Assembly (NCBI GenBank): GCA_035221665.1 | Contig: CM069132.1 | Coordinates: forward strand, 98,208,001-98,272,000 | DNA: 64,000 nt | From: Okamejei kenojei | Taxonomy: Eukaryota | Direction: 5' to 3' | In this document: piece after piece, positions 49,634-61,345 of the stretch | How the letters are laid out: every line of letters starts with the position of its first letter | How positions within the stretch are numbered: position 1 is the first letter of the stretch | Made by a program: the position numbers and the translations under genes | The notes under the pieces: generated by a model | What the model was told of the DNA's origin: nothing | Database searches by the model: none | Seen by the model: the letters and a program-made list of their open reading frames with translations, nothing else

Positions 49634-51624
49634 TTCATTCATTCATTCAAATCAATCTAACATGACATTGCCAATGGAAAACAATGTAACTCATTGTTAT
49701 TCTATACGTTGATATTAATTGTAGACCAAAATAAAGCTTTCTTGATCTATGTTATGCCTTAATTTTAAATAATCTTTTCAATGAACATGGTACATCAGGA
49801 AAAAAAATGAATTGGACATAATTTCAAATTTACGCTTTTGGTTTCGATAATTTAAATTCATGGTGTGTAGGACGGAAATACAGATGGATACAAAAAGCTG
49901 GAGTAACAGCGAGACAGACAGCATCTCTGGAGAGAAGGAATGGGTGACTTTTTGGTTCGAGACCCTTCATGGTTTTAGTAACATTGTATCATGTGATTAC
50001 CAATTACAGATTTTGTTCTAAAAGTTAAATTTTTTATCACAAATCTTAAAATTTTGCTTCTGTTGATGAAGAAAATAATTATTTATCAATGTGCAAACTG
50101 TGAGTGCAGTCAAGCAACAAATGCAGAGGAAAATGGATGGGCAATGTTTCAGGTCAAGAAATCAGGTCACATCGTCCTCTTTCCCTTTGCCTCCACAGAC
50201 AGTACCTGACCTGCTGAGTTCTTCTTGCAGTTCTTGCAGTTTGTTTTCTTGCTTTATATCCCAGTCACTGCAATTTCTTGCGTCTATTTACTTATGTTTT
50301 GTATTAAAATACAGTGCTTCTGTCTTTGAGCAAAGGCACAATGGGCCACAAAGAAATGTGGGAATATGGATGGTAGGGCCAATGTGTGGAAAAACCGTGG
50401 ACCCTACTTATCCAGCAAGGATTGAGACTACAATTTGAGATCCCTTGACCTGCAATGTTTTTAACAGCAATACAATTGAAGTATAAAGTTACATGCAGAC
50501 AACTGATATTATCCATAGTTTAGAAATATTGACACTGAGAAAAGAATGTCAGTGTGCAGTTGCACATGTGACACATAAACACCATTGAACCATTCAATAT
50601 GAGAGCCATGACTAAATCCTATGGGAATTCAAGGGAAACCTTCTTATTCACAGGGTGGTTAGAACTTGGAATACACGTCTACAGTTACGATGAATATCTC
50701 AAAATAGAAGCTGATAAACAACAGAGGAATAAAACAAAAGATATACCAATAATAAAAAACAATAAAGTTAGTAGAAGGGGAGGATGAGTTAATAAGGTCA
50801 ATGTCAATCTTTTGTTGGCAAAATCACAACTTCTTCCATGTGAACTGAATGCATCTTAGCATTGCACTGATCAGGGATATTGATTATTTTTTTAATCTGT
50901 GTGTGTGAGTAGATATATGGGATCTTAAAAAATATGCAGATCCTGGAAATGAAAAAATAAAACAATTCTGTTTCTTTCCCTATAAATACTACCTGTACTG
51001 TTAAGTACCCCCAGCATATTTTTGTTTTCATTTCATCAATTCTGAATAGAGAAGTGACTTCATGGAGAGAAGTGGAGGGTGATGGTGGGAGGTTGTTTTT
51101 TTTCGAATTGGAGGCCTTTGACAGGTCGTGTGGCTCAGTGTGCTAGAACTATTGCTGTTTGTAGTATATGTCAACGAATTGGATGAGAATGTACATGGCT
51201 GTCCGAAGGAGGGGTGCGATGGGTGCGGTCACACCCCTCTTTTTTACAAGTGTAAAAAAAATGGGGGCGTAATATTTTTTATTCTACACAAGGACAAATG
51301 GAGCAGTGTGAGCAACACGGCGCAGACTTCAATGTTTGTCTGATTTTGAAGAATTTCATTGATAACTCGAAAAATAAAGTATGACATTTTCAGATAAGAC
51401 ATTTTCATTTTCAGATTTCAGATTTGGATTGCAGGGGGAAAATCTCTACCGGAACATGCAAAAATGTTAACGTTAGCATGTTGTTTTTTCAAGAAGATGT
51501 GATTATACACAAACAAACACACACACAAACAAACACACACATGAACACAAATACACACACATCTAAGATCAGACTTTTAATAGTTACTAGACTGAGTGGG
51601 ACCTGTTGGGACCCATCCCCTCGG

Positions 51625-52300
51625 TGGGGAGAAGAGGGAGAATGGTGGGGGAGAGGGGGGGGAAGAGAGAGAGAGAGGGGGGAGAGAGGGAGAGAGAGGG
51701 GGAGAGAGGGGGGGGAGAGAGGGGGCAGAGCGGGGGGGGTAGAGAGGGGGGAGGGGGAAGAGGGGGTAGAGAGAGGAGGAGAGAGGGGGGAGAGAGGGGA
51801 GTGGGGAGAGAGAGTGGAGAGAGAGAGGGGGAGAGAGAGGGGGTAGACAGTGGGGACAGAGAGTGGGGGAGAGAGAGAGGGGTGGCAGATGGGGGAAGGG
51901 AGGAGAGGAGGAGAGGGGATGAGAAAGGGGGTAGGAGAAGGGAGGGGGAGAGAGTGGTGGGTGTGTGGGGGGAGATGGGGGCGGGTTAATCTCTGGCAGT
52001 CTTGAATGAGGGAACAGGGAGTGGCGAGCGGATTTTGAATAAACCAGGGGGCAGGAGGGGAGAGGTGGGGGGAGGAGGGGGAAGAGGAGGGGGTAGAGGA
52101 GGAGGTAGAGGAGGGGGCAGAGGAGGGGGCAGAGGAGGGGGGGCAGAGGAGGGGAGAGGAGAGGGGGAGAGGAGAGGGGGAGAGGAGGGGGACAGGAGGA
52201 GGGAGAGGGTGAGGGGGGGAGGTGAGGAGGGGAGTAGAGGAGGATGGGGGAGTGGGGAGCAGGGGGGAGCAGCAGGCGTCAACCAAAGGAGGAGGGAGGG
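51625..52300. repeat. Long G/A-rich low-complexity tract
   Basis: About 650 nt dominated by GGGA/GAGG/GA repeats. Confidence 0.9.
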
Positions 52301-52503
52301 ATGGGGTGTGATGACACGCAGCACGAGCAAGACAGCGCAGACTTCAAAGTTTGTCAGATTTTTGAAGATTTTCATTAATAACTCGAGAAACAAAGCATGA
52401 CATTTTCAGATTAGGCACTTTTGGACTCCAGTGGAAAAATCACTAGAGGTATATGTAAACATTTTACCGTTAGCGCGTCTTTTTTTTTTGAGAAGGTGTA
52501 ACA

Positions 52504-52655
52504 NNNNNNNNNNNNNNNNNNNNNNNNNNNNNNNNNNNNNNNNNNNNNNNNNNNNNNNNNNNNNNNNNNNNNNNNNNNNNNNNNNNNNNNNNNNNNNNNN
52601 NNNNNNNNNNNNNNNNNNNNNNNNNNNNNNNNNNNNNNNNNNNNNNNNNNNNNNN
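52504..52655. other. Assembly gap (152 N)
   Basis: Run of N. Confidence 0.99.
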
Positions 52656-54287
52656 TTATAAGGATATGATTGGATCAAAATCAAGAATAATTAATTCACA
52701 TTTCAAAATTGGTTTCACAATTCAGTAGTACTGATTTTCAATATTCCATACTGATATTTGAGAATACATGAGGTTGCATGCAAAATACTGATTTTCAAAA
52801 ATCCAGTTTCTGTGTAGTACATTCTATTGTATTTATGTGAGAAATACTGATTTACCCAACAAAATACTGATTTTCAGCCATCAAAATACGGAAATGCTCG
52901 GAGAAATTATTCACAATCACATTGTGTTTGAGAATTCAAAATGTGATTTATGATCTTGTTTATGAGTCATCATGGAACTAGAATTTGTTATAATAGTATG
53001 ACAGTAAAATAGGTTAGTTTGAAAGTGATCATAGTAATGTAAATGCATCATTTAGTTTGACTTCAAGTTTCATGATGAGAATTGAAGTCGAACTAAATGT
53101 TGTAGTCACATCACTGTTGAAATTGATGTGATGTGAAGTTGTTAGGTCAGGAGGACCATTAAAGGTGCACTGCACACACCAACACAGACTAACAGTAACA
53201 GGCAATCAAATCAACACACATAAAACTCTGATCTTTGCGTTTGTGATGTGCGCTGCGTGCACATTATTTCACACAAAATTTTTGTAATCCTGTCATGTCA
53301 CCCCTCCCTTTTTGAAAAGCTACGTATGGTGCTGGTGTAGAAGCATGATTAGTAAGTTTGCAGACAACACTAAAGTGGGGAGTATCATAGACAGTGAAAA
53401 TGGTTATCAAAAGTTACGGCAGGATCTTATCAGTTGGGCAAGTGGGCTGGCGAATGGTTAATGGTTTAATGTAGTTAAGTGCGAGGTGTTGCATTTTAGG
53501 AAGTTAATCCAGGGCCGGACTTTCACAGTGAATGTGCAGGAAGGAACTGCAGATGGTGGTTTATGCCAAAGATAGACACAAAATGCTGGAGTAACTCAGT
53601 TGGTCAGGCAGCATCTCTGGAGAAAAAGAATAGGTGACATTTCGGGTTGAGGCCCTTCTTCACACTTAGCAGGGCCCTGAGGGGTTTTGTAGAACAGAGC
53701 GCAGGCAATCAGTTCCTTAAAAGTGACATCACAGGAAGATATGTTTAAGAAGGAACTGCAGATGCTGGAAAATCGAAGGAGGACAAAAATGCTGGAGAAA
53801 CTCAGCGGGTGAGGCAGCATCTATGGAGCGAAGGAAATAGGCGACGTTTTGGCGAGATCCTCCTTCAGACCTGAATCCATTTGCATTTACAGGAAGTCCA
53901 AAACTGCTTCATAGTTTGAATTCCAGGCATTTTTTTTTAACATGTGAAACCGTTATTGCAAGCAAAAAGTTTTTGATAATTTTGGATTTGCTTTCTAATT
54001 AGTTCATCGCCATATTTTAGAGAGACGTCAGTTTAGCAACAATGTGGTATTAGATTCTAGAGCTTGAAGCATATTAAAATTAATAATAGCAAGGAGGATT
54101 ATGTACGGCTATAGATCAGATAGAAAGTTGAGTGGAACTGGTAAAAGGAATTTATGAGGCCAAATATATCTTGAGAAATCAAATAGCACTAGGAAATATA
54201 TGGTAAATGGTATAACACCAAGGAAAATTTATAAATAGACAGAGCTTGGAATCCAACTCTATGATTGTGGGAAACTGGCCAAATGGA

Positions 54288-54572
54288 AACAGTCCCTTTG
54301 GCCCACCGAGTCCGCACCAACCAGCAATCCCTGCATATTAACAGTATCCTACACACACACGGGACAATTTTACACATACCAAACCAATTAGCCTACAAAC
54401 CTGTATGTCTTTGGAGTGTGGGACGAAACCGAAGATCTCAGAGAAAACCCATTCGCTCACGGGGAGAATGTACAAAGTCTGCACAGACAGCACCCGTAGT
54501 CCAGATTGAACCTGGGTCTCCGGCGCTGCAAGCGCTGTAAGGCAGTAACTCTACCACTGCACCACCGTGCCA
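54288..54572 (-). mobile_element. tRNA-derived SINE (HE1/V-SINE-like)
   Basis: Full head, core and tail on the minus strand. Confidence 0.8.
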
Positions 54573-54764
54573 TCCACATTTGACATGCACGGCCTCATCA
54601 GTAGGGGCACAGAATATGGGAGTTAGCACATTATGTTGCAACTTATATAAAACAATAGTGTTGAAGGGACATGTTGGCCGGGTGTAGGCAAGTTGGTCCG
54701 AAGGGCCTTTTTCCTTGCTGTAAGACTCTATGACTAAAACTTGGCCACAATAATTAACAACTAT

Positions 54765-56594
54765 GGGCGGCACAGTGGTAAAGTTACTGCCTTACAGCGC
54801 TTGCAGCACCAGAGACCCAGGTTCGATCCTGACTAGCCTCGTCAGCAGTTTGTCTGTCCTTTCACCCTTTTTGTTGGACAGTCTCACCAGCAGTTTGTCC
54901 GTCCTTTCACCCTTTTTGTTGTTTTTTAGTCTGTCTAAAAAGTATGTTTGTGGAGGTTTCTTAGTCTTTTTTAAGTGGGGGGTGGGAGGGTAAGAAGGGA
55001 AACCATTTTCTAGTGACTACCAGGTCGAGGATGTGTCTTTTCTCCGAGTCGCATCTTCGCCCCCCCTCCCTCTCGCGGCCTACCATCTGGATTGGTGCGG
55101 CTGTTCCTGCCGGAGACTGGCCAGAGCTTCAGCAGCGGTGCAGCACTGAATTACCATCGCAGAGCGGGCGATGCCTTACCATGTTGGATCGCCATGTTGG
55201 AGCTCCGGAGTGTTGGGCCTGCTGTTTTACACCGTGGAGCTGTGGTTTACGGAGCTTCCAGCCGCGTGCAGCGCTGACTTTAACATCACGGAGCTCTGGG
55301 ATCCTTTGCCAAGGGTCGCCAGTGTTGAATCTCCGCCGAGCTCGGCCTGTGGACTTCGATAGCCGCAGTCACCAGTAAGAAGTGGCCAATTTGGAAACTC
55401 CAAGCCGCCCGAGTTCCATCATCTCCGCGAGGGGGCCTGTATATCGGGCTGTCCATAGCGGCGATTGCAGACGGTTCAAAGACCCCGACCACGGGTGAAC
55501 AATGAGGAAGATGACTGAACTTTATTGCCTTCCATCACAGTGGAAAACGTTGATTCTGCTGTGGGGGATGTTTATGTTAAACTCCGAGACTTACAAAATT
55601 CTTATGGGGTTGGACAGGCTAGATGCAGGAAGATTGTTCCCGATGTTGGGGAAGTCCAGGACAAGGGGTCACAGTTTAAGGATAAGGGGGATGTCTTTTA
55701 GGACCGAGATGAGAAAATCATTTTTCACACAGAGAGTGGTGAATCTGTGGAATTCTCTGCCACAGAAGGTAGTTGAGGCCAGTTCGTTGGCCATATTTAA
55801 GAGGGAGTTGGATGTGGCCCTTGTGGCTAAAGGAATCAGGGGGTATGGAGAGAAGGCAGGTACGGGATACTGAGTTGGATGATCAGCCATGATCATATTG
55901 AATGGTGGTGCAGGCTCGAAGGGCCGAATGGCCTGCTCCTGCACCTAATTTCTATGTTTCTATGTTTCTATCGTGTATTGTGTTCTTTTTTATTCGTATG
56001 GCTGTATGGTAACTCAAATCTCACTGTACCAATTGGTGCATGTGACAATAAATGGAACTTCAATTTGAACTTGAACTTGGGTACTGTCTGAATGGAACAA
56101 AACACTTTTTCTCACAGAGAGTGGTGAGTCTGTGGAATTCTCTGCCTCAGAGGGCGGTGGAGGCAGGTTCTCTGGATGTTTTCAAGAGAGAGCTAAATCG
56201 GACTCTTAAAAATAGCGGAGTCAGGGGACTATGGGGAGAAGGCAGGAACGGGGTACTGATTGGGGATGATCAGCCATGATCACATTGAATGGCGGTGCTG
56301 GCTCGAAGGGCCAAATGGCCTACTCCTGCACCTATTGTCTATTGTCTATTGTCTATACGTTCTCCCCGTGACCATGAGGGTTTTCTCCGAGATCTTCGAT
56401 TTCCTCCCATATGCCAAAAACATACAGGTTTGTAGATTAATTGGCTTGTGTTTGTATACTTGGTTTAAGTGTAAATTGTTCCTAGCGTGTGTAGGCTTGT
56501 GTTAATATGCAGGGATCGCTGGTCGGTGCGGACTTGGTGGGCCGAAGGGCCTTTTTCCACGCTGTCGCTCTAAACTAAACACTAAAAAACTAAA
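54765..56594 (+). mobile_element. SINE split into three pieces (about 54765-54835, 56079-56096, 56355-56594) by nested insertions
   Basis: Head ggcacagtggta..ggttcgatcctgacta | gggtactgtctg | tacgttctccccgtgacc...ctaaactaaac. Confidence 0.7.
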
Positions 56595-56987
56595 ATGACT
56601 AATGAACGATAATGTACAGCAATGTCATTATTTAGAATCGTTAGGTACTTAGGAGTGTGTGTGCCGTTCTGGTTACCACCAGATGGAAGGGGTGTGGTTG
56701 CACTGCAGAGTGTGCAGAGTAAATTCACCAGAGTGTTGGCTGGATTGGAAGACAGATTGGATCAGCTGGGTTTACTTTCCCTGAAGTGAAGGAGGCTGAG
56801 GATTGACCTGAAAAAGGTATATACATTTATAAGATGCATAGATAGGATTGTTAGTCAAACTCATTTTCCCATGGTATGAAAATCAAAAATACGAGGCCAT
56901 GGTTTCAAGGTGAGGTGTGGTGGGCCGAATAGTCCGCTTCTGTGCTGTACAACTCCATGACACAATGACTCTAATACTCACATGGAA

Positions 56988-57215
56988 ATAGACATAAAAA
57001 TGCCGGGGGTAGCTCAGCGGGTCAGGCAGTATCTTGGCCGTAAAAGGAATAGGTGACATTTCGGGTCAAGACCCTTCTTCGAACCTTGAGGTCTGAAAAA
57101 GGATCTCGACCTGAAACATCATCTATCCTTTTCTCCGTAGATATTGCCTGACCCGTCGAGTTACCCCAGCATTTTGTGTCTATCTTTAGTGTAAACCAGC
57201 ATCTGCAGTTCCTTC
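56988..57215. mobile_element. Palindromic Penelope-terminal-repeat-derived element with degenerate hammerhead-like motifs on both strands
   Basis: gacatttcgggtcaagacccttcttcg...ctgaaaaaggatctcgacctgaaacatc at the centre of long inverted arms. Confidence 0.7.
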
Positions 57216-57354
57216 ACCCGGAAATACGCTGGTTAATTAAGGAGAGGGAGCAGGGATTATAGAAGACACCAAGTGCATAACGAACTAATTCAAATTCTTA
57301 AGGGAAATAAAGCAGAAATGCCAAGAAATGTGTTCTCAACGAGAAGCATGCATA

Positions 57355-57833
57355 GTCGCAGCATCGAAAGCATCCTGACCACTTGCTTTACAGTATGGTA
57401 CAGCAGTTGCACCGTAGCAGATAGGAAGGCACTACAACGAGTGGTGAAAACCGCCCAGTACATCATCGGTGCCCCGCCCCCTGCCATGGATGCCCTCCAC
57501 CGAAAACGGTGTCTGAGACGGGCCGGGAAGATCATCAAAGACCCCTCCCACCCTAACCATGGACTGTTTGCCCTCCTACCATCAGGGAGGCGGTACAGGA
57601 GCCTCAGGTCCCGCACTAGTAGGATGAGGAACAGCTTCTATAACAACACCATCACACTGCTGAACTCGGAGTCCCGCCGATAGATTTCTCCAGTCTCTCC
57701 GTAAACATTGTCTGCATTCTGTATCTATTTATATCATTGCTATTACTACGAACTGACGCTAAACTGCATTTTGTTGTCCCCATACTTGTATCTGTGCAAT
57801 GACATTAAAGTTGAATTGAATTGAATTGAATTG
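57355..57833 (+). mobile_element. Rex1-type LINE 3' end
   Basis: IESILTTCFTVWY...IIKDPSHPNHGLFALLPSGRRYRSLRSRTSRMRNSFY; (ttgaa)n tail. Confidence 0.88.
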
Positions 57834-58636
57834 AGCAGTGCGTGGTACTCTGTTTTGAAACTACGGTTCCAATTAGTCAATGAACTTGAAATTGAAGTTA
57901 ACGTACAATGTGTTGCCTTTATTAAAGAGCATGATTAGTGCAACCGAGCAAGACATATTTTTTAGGCATTGGCATTTTATAAGTAGGAATACAATGTTAT
58001 ATAGAAGGTAGACACAAAAAGCTGGAGTAATTCAGCGGGACAGGCAGCATCTCTGGAGAGAAGGAATGGGTGGCATTTTGGGTCGAGACCCATCTTGAGA
58101 CTATGATAGAAGGGTTGCTGATAAGAGTAAGGTGCGTATGATTAAAATGAGAAAAGCAAAAAGTTACTTCAGGAGAACATAAATTGGTAGATTGTGCAGA
58201 AAGATGCCAAAAGCATTTTAATACAGAGGAATGTGCAGTGTTATTACATTCAGAGGAAGAATAACAGGAATACGAGGACAAAGCTAGAAAGTGAGCCAGA
58301 AGATCAAGAGAATTTATATCAATTCTATCTTCACGTCAGGTTTGATGAAACTCTGAAAGGTCGTCTCTTGAACCACCACCTTCACAACATCAAATTTATC
58401 TCTGAGCTACTGTCAACCATGTTACAAGTGAGACCTACTCCCACGTCACTTTGATGTTAGTATTTCTTTTTTATTGCTGGCTTTCAGCTACATAAAATTA
58501 TTCCCGTGACCTATTGCATTGAATGAGCCTTTGGTTACAAAGTAATGAGAAGAAAGTGTCATGGAATGTGCTAAACTAAGATTCTTTGGCATTGTGATGT
58601 ATTATGAACAACTAAAAGAACTAAAGATTGAGGATG

Positions 58637-58835
58637 GTCACAAAGTGCTGGAGTAACTCAGCCGGTCTGGTAGCATCTCTGGAGAAAAAAGATAGGTGAC
58701 GTTTTGGGTCGGAATTCTTCTTCATCTGAAATGTCACCCATCTTTTTTCTCCAGAGATGCTGCCTGACCCACTGAGTTACTCCAGCACTCTGTGTTTATC
58801 TTCGCTATAAACCAGCATCTGCACTTCCTTCCTAC
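58637..58835. mobile_element. Palindromic Penelope-terminal-repeat-derived element
   Basis: cacaaagtgctggagtaactcag / ctgagttactccagcactctgtg arms; flanking near-duplication aaagattgaggatg / aaagaatgaggatg. Confidence 0.7.
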
Positions 58836-59462
58836 TCAAAGAATGAGGATGTACAGATACTTAATTATTTAGAATCATTAGCTAGTTTTAATCAGCATGC
58901 CTTAAAATGGAGAAGTCTTTGGCCTGGATTTTGTTGGAAAATGGGATTCCCACTTATTTCCCAACTCAGAATCCGCAAAATTGTTGGCAGTATTTTGCCA
59001 GTGTTTCCTCAGTTGTTCAGTGATTTACAGAGCCCAGCAGTAAAGAGCAAAGTTGTGACAATTCTTCAGTTCAAATTCAATCCAGCTGTCTCCTCAAAAT
59101 CAATCTATATTCAATCATCAACATATGATGGAAGGTATTGTCAAGTTCTATCAAGAGGGACCTGCTGTTTGATAACCTGCTTGCCAGTGCTCAGCCTGGA
59201 TCAGAGGTTGGTTCCTGAAGCAAACGAGCTATCTCCTAACACCACTAAGCTATTGCATCATTAACAATGCTCATCAGGAGTGCATTGGAAAACTTCCTCC
59301 TTGCCTAGATGAGAACAGTTCCAAAAGAACTCGACCAGGACAATGCAGATGCTTAGATATCCATTGATCGCCCTAACCTTCATTCTTGCATTTCTTTCAC
59401 CACCAGTCCAGAGTGTGTGCAGTGTGCACCATCTACAAGATGCACTGCAGTTTCTTACCCAT

Positions 59463-59672
59463 GATAGACACAAAAAGCTGAAGTAACTCAGCGGGACAGG
59501 CAGCATCTCAGGAGAAAAGGAATGGGGGACGTTTCGGGTTGAGACTGAAGAAGGGTCTCGATCTGAAACGCCACCCATTCCTTCTCTCCAGAGATGCCGC
59601 CTGTCCCACTGAGTTACTCCAGCATTTTGTGTCTATCTTCAGTTTAAACCAGCATCTGCAGTTCCTTCTTAC
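59463..59672. mobile_element. Palindromic Penelope-terminal-repeat-derived element
   Basis: gatagacacaaaaagctgaagtaactcagcgggacaggcagcatctc / gagatgccgcctgtcccactgagttactccagcattttgtgtctatc around ctgaagaagggtctcgatctgaaac. Confidence 0.75.
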
Positions 59673-60364
59673 ACAGTTTCTCACCCACGTTCCTCCAACA
59701 GCAACTCCCAAACCTGTGATTTCTACCACCAAGACGGACATTGGCAGCACGCATGTCGGAACTGCTAGCAGTTGCCGTTTCCTTGCAAATCACACACCAT
59801 CCTGATGTGGAAAAAAATCACCATTCACCCACTGCCTCCTGGTTGAAATCTTGAAACTCCCTATCCTCCCTATTTGTGGGCTGCCTTCACCTGGAGAACC
59901 TTGTACCTTGTTGAGAGAATTATGGATAAGAAACAAATAGTGGCCTTTCCAACTATGCTCATAATTCATCAATAAATATAGAAAAGAATATCTTAAATTG
60001 GGAATCAGCCAGCAGATCAACACTAAGTTTGAGCCTAGCAGCGGAATGGAGACACCATTCATTTGAACAGAGAGGATGACGCAAAGAACAGAGAGGATGT
60101 TGTAAGCTTTGGCTTATTTCATATATTTTTAAATATACATATATTTTAATTGTTAATTTTCAAAATATCCTTATCCTTATTAACTGTTGCGCTACTTTTT
60201 AATAGCTTTGTAATGATTTGGAATGGCCCTGAAATTCAGAACCAGTCATTTCTGGTTTTCATACAAATGTTCCATAAGCCCCTTGTGCAAGTCAGATTTT
60301 ACGCGTCATAATTGCCTAGAGTACTACTGTGCACATGTAAATTTACTATGTATTATACTGCACA

Positions 60365-61345
60365 ACCGACACTGCATCAACACTGGTGCTCCCATAGATA
60401 CGTTCTCGGCCCCCTTCTTTATTCCTTGTACACCCATGACTGTGTGGCCAAGTGCAAATCTAATTCAATTTTCAAATTCGCAGAGGATACCACTGTTGTG
60501 GTCCGGATATCAAATAATGGAGTACAGGAAGGACATTGAGAATCTCGTGACCTGATGTCGAGACAACAACCTTTCTTTCAATGTCAACAAGACACAGTGA
60601 TCGACTTCAGGTAACAAAGTGGTTCATATACCCGGGGTTGCATTGACGGTGCCGAAGTAGAGATGGTTAAAAGCTTCAAATTCCAAGGAGTAAATATCAC
60701 TAACAACTTCTCCTGGACAACCCATATTGAAACAATGGCCAAGAAAGCCCACCATTGCCACTGCTTCTTTAGAAGGCTAAGTAGGTTCAGCATGCCCCCA
60801 ACAACTCTCAAACTCTCCAACTTCGACAGCTGCGCTGTAGAACGAATTTTATCAACATGCATCACAGCTTGGTTTGGGAACAGTTCCGTCCTGGATTGCA
60901 AGAAACTGCAGAGATTTGTGGACGAAGCCCAGACCATCACACAAACCGACCTCCCTTCCATTGACTCCATTTAAACCTCACACTGCCTCGGCAAGGTCAC
61001 CAGCATAATCAAGAATGAGTCACACCCCAGCCATTCCCTCTTCTCCCCTCTTCCATCGGGCAAGTGTGAAAATGCACACCTCCAGATTCAGGGAAAGTTT
61101 CTTCCCAACTGTTATCAGGCTACTGAACCATCCCACCAATAACTAGGGAGCAGTCCTGAGTAACTAACTACCTCATTGGAGTTCCTCGGACTATCTTCAC
61201 TCAGAATTTACTGGACTTGCACCAAAAGTTAATCATGTTATTCCCTTTATCATGTATACTGTGGATGGCTTGACTGTAATCGTATGTTGTCTTTCCGTTG
61301 ACTGGTTAGCACGCAATCAAAGCTTGTCACTGTACCTCGCACATG
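60365..61345 (+). mobile_element. Rex1-type LINE 3' portion
   Basis: VLGPLLYSLYTHDCVAK..IFKFAEDTTVV; SFKFQGVNITNNFSWTTH; tail cactgtacctcgcacatgtgacaattaa. Confidence 0.85.

Larger units (their letters stand above)
51300..52669 (+). mobile_element. Tandem Helentron/HINE-like non-autonomous units
   Basis: Repeated block gcgcagacttcaa.gtttgtc.gattttgaaga.tttcatt.ataactcga at about 51320 and 52336. (AC)n plus agatcagacttttaatagtt joins actagactgagtgggacctgttgggacccat. A related end, tctagactaagtgggacctgt, lies on the minus strand at about 38628-38648. Class assignment is by resemblance only. Confidence 0.4.

Noticed and set aside
51424-52400. Long ORFs (up to 265 aa) rich in Pro/Ser or Gly/Arg/Glu
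   Set aside because: Translations of a G/A low-complexity tract that lacks stop codons
54765-54835. tRNA-like sequence with A/B boxes
   Set aside because: Head of a tRNA-derived SINE; no cloverleaf, acceptor stem or anticodon arm supportable
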